Of a DNA stretch of 64,000 nt, positions 56,853-64,000 are shown piece after piece. Origin of the DNA: Daphnia carinata (Eukaryota); the NCBI RefSeq assembly GCF_022539665.2, contig NC_081331.1, positions 12,834,001-12,898,000 on the forward strand, read 5' to 3'. How positions within the stretch are numbered: the stretch's first letter is position 1; each line of letters starts with the position of its first letter. The notes under the pieces were generated by a model. The model did not search any database, was not told the DNA's origin, and saw nothing but the letters and a program-made list of their open reading frames with translations. The translations under genes and the position numbers were made by a program.

Positions 56853-58565
56853 TCAAAAGAATTTCTCATTTGATTGAAGATGAACGAGCGTTTCGCTTAC
56901 ATCCCACAATTTTTTTGCCATTCCGCTGTCTTGGGCAAGCTTTGACGGTGTGGCAATCTAAATTGTGTCAAAACGAACGAAATACACAGATTGTTAAGAG
57001 GACTGAAACGGCATGCTATCCTTATCGTCATATGGTTTAATAAATGGTGTGAGATTAGCTTACCTTACAATCGCGAAAATACTGTGCAGTCACATTTGCA
57101 ACTTCGTCTGCCACAGCTAAGTAAATGGTAGTCTGTGCACCTTCCTTAGGGGTCTAAAAAATCGTGATAATGTTTTATAGCTCAAATATGCAGAGACACG
57201 GATTAAATGAGCTTTTTAACTGTACCAAGCATACCTTCAAAAAGGGAATCCCAATTATCATCATCGCCGAAAACATGCTGGAAAAGCGACCAAATTCAGT
57301 GTACACGGAGCCTGGATGAAGGGAATTCACCGTAATAGCATTTCCTATTTATAAAACGTATTTAAAAGTAATAATAAGAAAAATTTTGTTAAATAGTGTC
57401 ATAAAAGGTGGATTAAACAGCTCTATTTACTCATACAATAAGAAGGCTCGTCGAATGTTTACCATGGTGTTCGAGCTTGTTAGCTAGTTCCATGCTGAAA
57501 AGAATATTGCACAGCTTTGATGTTCCGTAAATTTTATAAGGCGCCAAAAACGTTCCCGCCGTACGGTCTTGAACGAAATTCAGGTCTTCAAAATTCAAAC
57601 TTCTGCAGAAGTAGCTTATGTCGGAACTGACATTGATGATGCGGACATTTTCTTGTTCGTTTTCGGCAGTCTTGATCATTAAACCTTTTAAGCAACCATT
57701 GAATTACAAAAAGTAAAAGATTATTAGCATGAAATACTGTAGATCATTGGCTAACTGCTCTGTAAACTTAACTTAGTAAAATAACAGTAAAAGTAATGAA
57801 TGAAGAAATAATCTGAAAACTTTTTTCTAGTCTGTGGTAAAAGAGTTGCATTTGTAAAGAAACAATGCATAATGAAAATATAACACAGCTGAAACAATGC
57901 TCAATAAATCTTTAATTTACATATTAATAAGTCATCCCTAAGATAAACAAATAATACCTAGTAGCAAATTTGTAAGCAAAAAATGCCCAAAGTAGTTTGA
58001 TTGCATTTGGTTTTCGAGTCCATCCTGTGTATACTGTTTATTATTTCCACCACACCCAGCATTGTTAATAAGGAGATGAAGTTTAGGCTCATTTTCCAAT
58101 ACATCTTTGGCAAACTGTCTGACTGAAGCCAAGGAGGCCAAATCAAGTTTCTTGACCAAGACATTGCAGTTTCCCGATTTTTGAACAATGTCATCTGATG
58201 TTATCACAAAATAAAAAAGAATAGTTTTAAATTCTTTATATCATACAAATGAAATGTCATAAATGTAGCATTATTAACTGGGTTAACTGAATTAAAACCA
58301 AATTAATACCTTTCGTTAAAGATGCTTTTTTCAAATCTCGACAGGCTAGAATGATACGACCACCTCTAGAAGCAAGATCAAGCGCGGTTTCTTTACCGAT
58401 ACCAGTATTGGCACCTGTGATAATAATCGTTTTCCCATCAAGTCGTTTAGTACTTTTACAGACTCCCTTCGTGCATTCGATATAGAGCTTAATGATTAAC
58501 ATCAAGATCAGAATAACAATTACACTATTTTGGAAATTGAATGCACTAAATGGAAAAGGAAACAT
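56853..58565 (-). CDS. Retinol dehydrogenase 11/12/13-like short-chain dehydrogenase, copy A (6 exons)
   Basis: N-terminal TM segment; [27 protein letters not shown]; catalytic [30 protein letters not shown]. The frame is intact across the splice junctions. Confidence 0.93.
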
Positions 58566-58993
58566 CTTCGATACCTCTTCCTTAAAAAATAACGGGAAAC
58601 AAATGAACTGCGTACTTTGTATCAAATCGGCTGCTTATTACTTGTACTTATAGGGGAGACCACGACCGCTAGATGACATTAATTTATATCTCTTTACTTA
58701 ACATGATTTAATTTTCCCCAATGCGGAGACTATGCACCGTCATCATGGCACATCACAGCATTACACACGGTCTTCAATATTTTTATAACTAATTAAATCG
58801 CATTTCTAAAAAAATCATCGAAAGCATCGGAAGTCAAAAGCAAGTGTAAAAATACATCGTTATAAAAGAAACATTTAGAGGAATTAGATACAATCGTTAA
58901 GTACACTTTAAAGAATTATAAGGAGCAACGACAATTTCTTAAACGCTACCCGAGCTTCCAACGAACGCAAGTGGAAGGACATTCGTGAGTCCA

Positions 58994-60727
58994 TTAAAAA
59001 AACTTCTCTTTTGGTTCCAAACGAACAAGCCTTTCGGTTACTTCCCACAATTTTTTTGCGAGTTCCTTGTCCCGAACTAGCTTAGAAGGCTGGGCAATCT
59101 GATTGGAATAAAAACATGTTTTGACAAAAACATAGTTTAAATCACTAAATACAAACATTCCATTAACTAAAGATCATTAATTAGTTAACCTTGCAATCGC
59201 GGAAATATTGCCCGCTGACATTTGAAACTTCATCAGCCACAGCCAAATAAATCGAGGTCTGTGCGCCTTCTGCTGGGCTCTAGAGTTAGAGGAGGAAACT
59301 GTGTTTATGACTTTCCCACGAAAATCAACCTTAATTTTGAAATACACCTTCAAAAACGGGCGATAAAGCGTCATAAGCACGGACAATATTTTGGAAAAAC
59401 GGGTGAATTCTGTGTACACTCCTCCTGGATGAAGAGAGTTGACTGTGACCGGTTTTCCTGTGTGCAAATCGGATTCGTGAATGAAAACATAAAATTAATG
59501 AATCGTTACACTATGATGTGAAGCTCTTCTCTTTTCACTCTTAGACGGATGGCGTCATTTGGTCTCATGCGCACCGAAGGCACGTTTAATGAAAGTTATT
59601 ATAACAGGTCGGATAATAAGTGTTCTCAACGCAGATAACAATAATGTAAAAAAATTATTTACCAAGAAGTTCCAGTTTCCTTGCTAACTCACAGCTGGAA
59701 AGAATAACACACAGCTTCGAAGTTCCATAGATTTTAATGGGCAACCATAGGTTATTTTGAACAGGAGACCAAATCGTTTTGGTGGATCGCTCGTAACAAA
59801 AATTCAGGTCGTCCAAGTTCAGATCTCCAACGGAAAAGTGACCATCAGAACCAACATTGACAATGCGCACATTCTCTTCTTCCTTCTCGCCGGTTTCAAT
59901 CATCAAACCTTATAATCAAACACAGATTAGTATGCATACATCTAAAGAATACTTCACTACATATTCTAACTCTAAGAATTATTTTTATAAATATGACAAT
60001 AAGGGCGATAACGAGAAAACAGAAATAGCAAAAAACGTTAGAACACAGGGGCTACAAAATGCTTATAGATCGTTTTACGTATGAACAAGACGTTAAAAAA
60101 CAAATTGGCAATTTGAAATCAAAATAAGTCTCCATTATTGTCATATAATGGCATCATACCTAGTAGCAAATTTGTAAGCAAGAAAGGACCAAAATAATTG
60201 GTTTGCATCTGCTGTTCTAATCCATTCTCTGTCGTCTTTTGTTCAATGTCACCACATCCAGCATTGTTGATGAGGATGTGAAGTTTAGGCTCTGTTTTTT
60301 GTACATCAGCTGCAAACCTTCTGATCGAAGAAAAGGATGCTAAATCAAGTTCTTTGATCAACACATTGGGGTTCCTCGATTTCTCAACAATTTCATCTAA
60401 AATTAGAAAAATTAGGTTGAATGAGTCTAATTTTTAATGTGGCATTCCTGTTTTAAACAATAAAAAAATTTATTACTTACCTTTTGCTACCAAAGCTTTT
60501 TTGAGATTTCGGCACGCTAGAATTATGCGTCCACCTCTGGAAGCAAGATCAAGTGCTGTTGCTTTGCCGACACCAGTATTGGATCCCGTAACAATAATTG
60601 TTTTCCCGTCAAGTCTCTTCGAGCTCTTACAGATTCCCTTGGTAGCTTCATAGTAAATTTTTAACGCTACCGTGAAGATTAAGGCACCAATAACACTATT
60701 AGGGACATCAAACGTAAACACAGACAT
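58994..60727 (-). CDS. Retinol dehydrogenase 11/12/13-like short-chain dehydrogenase, copy B (6 exons, tandem paralog)
   Basis: [50 protein letters not shown]. Intron positions are the same as in copy A. Confidence 0.93.
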
Positions 60728-60876
60728 CTTTCGTAGCCGGAATGATTCATAAGACGAACGTCAGAAACCAACATTTGTACTGGGAAGCAATACCCCGCGA
60801 TGTTAGTTTAGCTACTTCTTTTTTCGCCATATTTCGGTGACTGGCGCTAGATGCCCTTCAGGATTGTTTTCTTAAA

Positions 60877-62370
60877 ATGAGAATCATATCAAAGTTGTTT
60901 TTTGTGCCCAATTTCGTGATATCTAAGTAAGTAATTTAAGAAGTATTTGTATGTACTATTTAACTTTCTTATTTGATTATCCAGAATCACCAGGAAACAG
61001 ATATGGAAGAAAGTACGACAGAAAATTGGAAACATCCCCCATCTTTCCATAGACTGGGACGATTTGACTGATCGCTTTATTGAACCAATTATTTGGGTTG
61101 TTGATCATTTTGCTGATTCCTTAGGAAAGGTAATCAGAAGCATGTAATATTTTTGCCATAGACTTAACAAAATATACTTCTACATTTTACCTCATTTAGA
61201 TATTTGTCAGTCTAGTCTGGCTTTTAATTCTGTTTATTGTCGGTGTAGCTTACTGGATTGGGTTATCCTTTTATTGGAACATCAGTGCTGAGCTCACTAT
61301 AGCTCTTGTGATATTTGGTCATTGGATTTTACTTAATGTAGTTTTTCATTACTATATGGCTTTGGTGACACCTCCTGGCCTACCTCCTGATGTATGTGAT
61401 GTTGTTTGTATGGCAAAGATATTTCTTTACATAGTTATCTTTGCCAAATTTATGTTTAGGCAGAACAAATTCCACACATTAAAGCTCGATGTAAAAAATG
61501 TCAGTCAGTCAAACCAGAACGAACACATCATTGTTCAATTTGCCGGAAATGTATCCTTAGGATGGACCATGTAACAGAAACTGGTACCCCCTACAAGCAT
61601 GGTCATCATTAATTATTATTTGATTACAGCATTGCCCTTGGTTAAATAACTGTGTCGGACACTTCAACCACCGATATTTTTTTCTCTTCATGGCGTATGT
61701 TGTATTGGGAATGATCTTCCTATTCATTTTCGGAGCACCCGTCATTGTAAGGTTACCAGTAGAACAAGTCATGCACAAAACTTAGTTTCTATTGTAAGTT
61801 CTAGATTCATGAATTATCCAATTCCGACGCTTCAGAGCCTATCGGATATCCTGTCTTCCACAATGGATCTCATTTACTACCTGTGGTAACGAACTTTTTT
61901 TTGAAGGCATAGAAAAAACTTTTAATTCAATCCTTCGCAGAAGCAGGTGGAGGAGGTAGCCCCTCCTCGGTCGAGATCGTTGAGAAGGGCTGTCTCGGTA
62001 ACGGTGTCGATACTCTGTGCAGGTATTCTAGCTGCCTTGGGTGCCTTAGTTGGTTGGCATGCTAGACTTATATCGAGAGGAGAAACAAGCATCGAAAATC
62101 TGACTAATAAAGATGACCGTGAGGCTAAACGACTAGAAGGAGACACTTTCGTCAACCCGTATGACTATGGATCTTATGAAAACTGGCGGATATTTCTAGG
62201 GCTTTCAGAAGGGAGGTAATTGACCTTCACTACAGAACTATTTCCTGTTACTATGAATATTCTTCGCCAGGACATGGTGGTGTGTTTTCTTTCCATCTAT
62301 CCATCCTCCGAGGGGTGACGGTATCTCGTGGTGCTTCAAAAACGATCTGACTCATGTATCTTATAAATGA
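60877..62370 (+). CDS. ZDHHC16: DHHC palmitoyltransferase, ZDHHC16-like
   Basis: [113 protein letters not shown]. Confidence 0.92.
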
Positions 62371-62668
62371 TGTCTCCACCGAGCCTAAAATCCGCCCTAA
62401 GTCAAGAACGGAAATTCATTAGAAGGCTCTTTTGCTGCGAAATCTAGGTGATCTTTTCTTAGTCACGATTATTTAACTTATGCATATGACATTCCATCAA
62501 TCAACTCAAGAATGAATACAAAAGTGCGAAAACTGAAATGATTTAGCGCATTTTATTCATAGCGAGCAATATGCTTAGAGGCATGACATTTCTCACAATG
62601 TATTAAAAACGAAACCGGTTATAAAACCTGCACAAAAAAAAAAGATAGAAAAGTTTTGGACTTCGTGT

Positions 62669-63949
62669 TTAGTTGGAACCAGAATCAGAATCTTCAGAAT
62701 TTGACGGTTCCTTGACATCTATGGTGAACTTGTACTCTTGATCGCATCCCGTATAAGAGTCGCTCATGAAATAGATTGTGTAAGAATGCTGGCCAGGGGT
62801 AGTTGGAGCCGTAAAGTCTAGCTTGACTTTTGCCTTCTGTTGCAATGTTTGACGTTTGATGGAAACCAGTGCATTGGCTTTCGGGTCTCCGATCACTACC
62901 CACCAGCCCTCTTCGCGTTTTTGAGGGAAGAAGGGAGCGAGAACCGGGCCAACGACCTCATCTTCACGTTCCAGGTTAACTGCCACCACCACCGACTGAC
63001 CACATACGACTCGGTCACGATCTATCACGTCAAATCCTAATTCGATGTTGGGATAGCGGTTACAGAAGCGGGCAACATCCGCCATTTGTGCTTCACTCAA
63101 CCCCAACAAAGAGTTGCGTTCGTCGTCTTCCATTTCCATAACATCGAAAATGGTCTCCAGCCCCTTGTCGGTGCAGCGTTTGACAATCTCGGTTGTGAAG
63201 TGAGGCAACTGCTTCAGGTACGAATCCTTGGACCACATGGCTTGGGTCACCATTTGCGACAATTCCATGGCGGCCACAGCTGGGGAAAGCCATCCATTTG
63301 AGCTGAGGACATCCACAGAAGCCTGGATCAAACGGATCGCCTTGCCAAGAATGAGCTCAGTGTCTTGTTGCAATTCAGCGGGTAGTTGGACACGAGACAA
63401 ATGGGCCTGCAGCAAGAGGAACGTTTTGGTATGAGGATCACTAAATTTGGCGTTAGCCTGTGGCTTGTTTGGAAGCCTAGTAGCGAGCTGACGCAACACA
63501 GCTTCTTCGCCGTGTCGGACTGGAACGTTCTTGTATTCTGCAGCAGCTGAAATGATCTCCAACAAGCCACGAATCTTGGTCTTGGCGTTGAGCGACAAGC
63601 TGAACAACTCGATCGTTGTGTAGTGAATGCAGTAGTACGCGGCAATCATGCCCAAGTTGAGTGGACTGACGTCAATTTCTTCCTCGATGGTGATACACTT
63701 GGACTGCTCCAGATCATTAAGCGTGCTCTCTACCAACTCGGACAAGTGATCCGACAAGTGCCTGTGACTCACTCCTTGAAGATTGTAGTAATTGGGATTT
63801 TGAGTCATGCGCCGGTACAGGAAAGTCCATGTTAAATTGTCGACAGCATCTTGTTTGTTCTCAATAGTTTTGGTGACGATTTCGGCATTGAAATGATCGT
63901 GGAGGCAATGATCGAGATGGCTTTCGATCGGCAACGGCTCGTACAAGAA
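62669..63949 (-). CDS. SNRNP200: U5 snRNP 200 kDa helicase (Brr2), last exon; the gene continues beyond the window end
   Basis: [51 protein letters not shown] and a C-terminal Sec63 unit ([12 protein letters not shown]...[14 protein letters not shown]). Confidence 0.97.
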   Translation of the reverse strand, partial: FLYEPLPIESHLDHCLHDHFNAEIVTKTIENKQDAVDNLTWTFLYRRMTQNPNYYNLQGVSHRHLSDHLSELVESTLNDLEQSKCITIEEEIDVSPLNLGMIAAYYCIHYTTIELFSLSLNAKTKIRGLLEIISAAAEYKNVPVRHGEEAVLRQLATRLPNKPQANAKFSDPHTKTFLLLQAHLSRVQLPAELQQDTELILGKAIRLIQASVDVLSSNGWLSPAVAAMELSQMVTQAMWSKDSYLKQLPHFTTEIVKRCTDKGLETIFDVMEMEDDERNSLLGLSEAQMADVARFCNRYPNIELGFDVIDRDRVVCGQSVVVAVNLEREDEVVGPVLAPFFPQKREEGWWVVIGDPKANALVSIKRQTLQQKAKVKLDFTAPTTPGQHSYTIYFMSDSYTGCDQEYKFTIDVKEPSNSEDSDSGSN

Positions 63950-64000
63950 CTAAATAAAAAATTGATATTTATTTTAAGAAATCCAAAACTTGTCATAGAC

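Overview
This is eukaryotic, gene-dense invertebrate DNA with many short (about 55-80 nt) introns. Intron size, compactness and protein style suggest a crustacean such as Daphnia, which is an inference. I could splice together 14 protein genes by hand: ZSWIM7/SWS1 (+), an AKAP1/spoonbill-like KH-Tudor gene (-), MED26 (-), RWDD3 (+), a large multi-promoter MAST kinase (-), ACOX3 (+), an Mmp2-like membrane MMP (-), ZNHIT3 (-), SMC5 (-), an acid sphingomyelinase (+), two tandem RDH11/12-like SDRs (-), ZDHHC16 (+) and the 3' end of SNRNP200/Brr2 (-). A tRNA-Trp-derived sequence with a broken acceptor stem is nested in the MMP intron. I found no CRISPR array, recognisable transposase or prokaryotic system, and I cannot support a wholly new multi-gene system. 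The best leads are: (1) a MAST kinase isoform with an unexpected SAM-like N-terminal module, one of three phase-compatible alternative first exons; (2) a ZSWIM7 gene whose two introns both appear to be GC-AG; (3) an AKAP1-like protein with no visible mitochondrial anchor and an acidic insert in its Tudor domain; (4) recurrent CTCF-like motifs. Exon coordinates were read by eye and may be off by a few bases.
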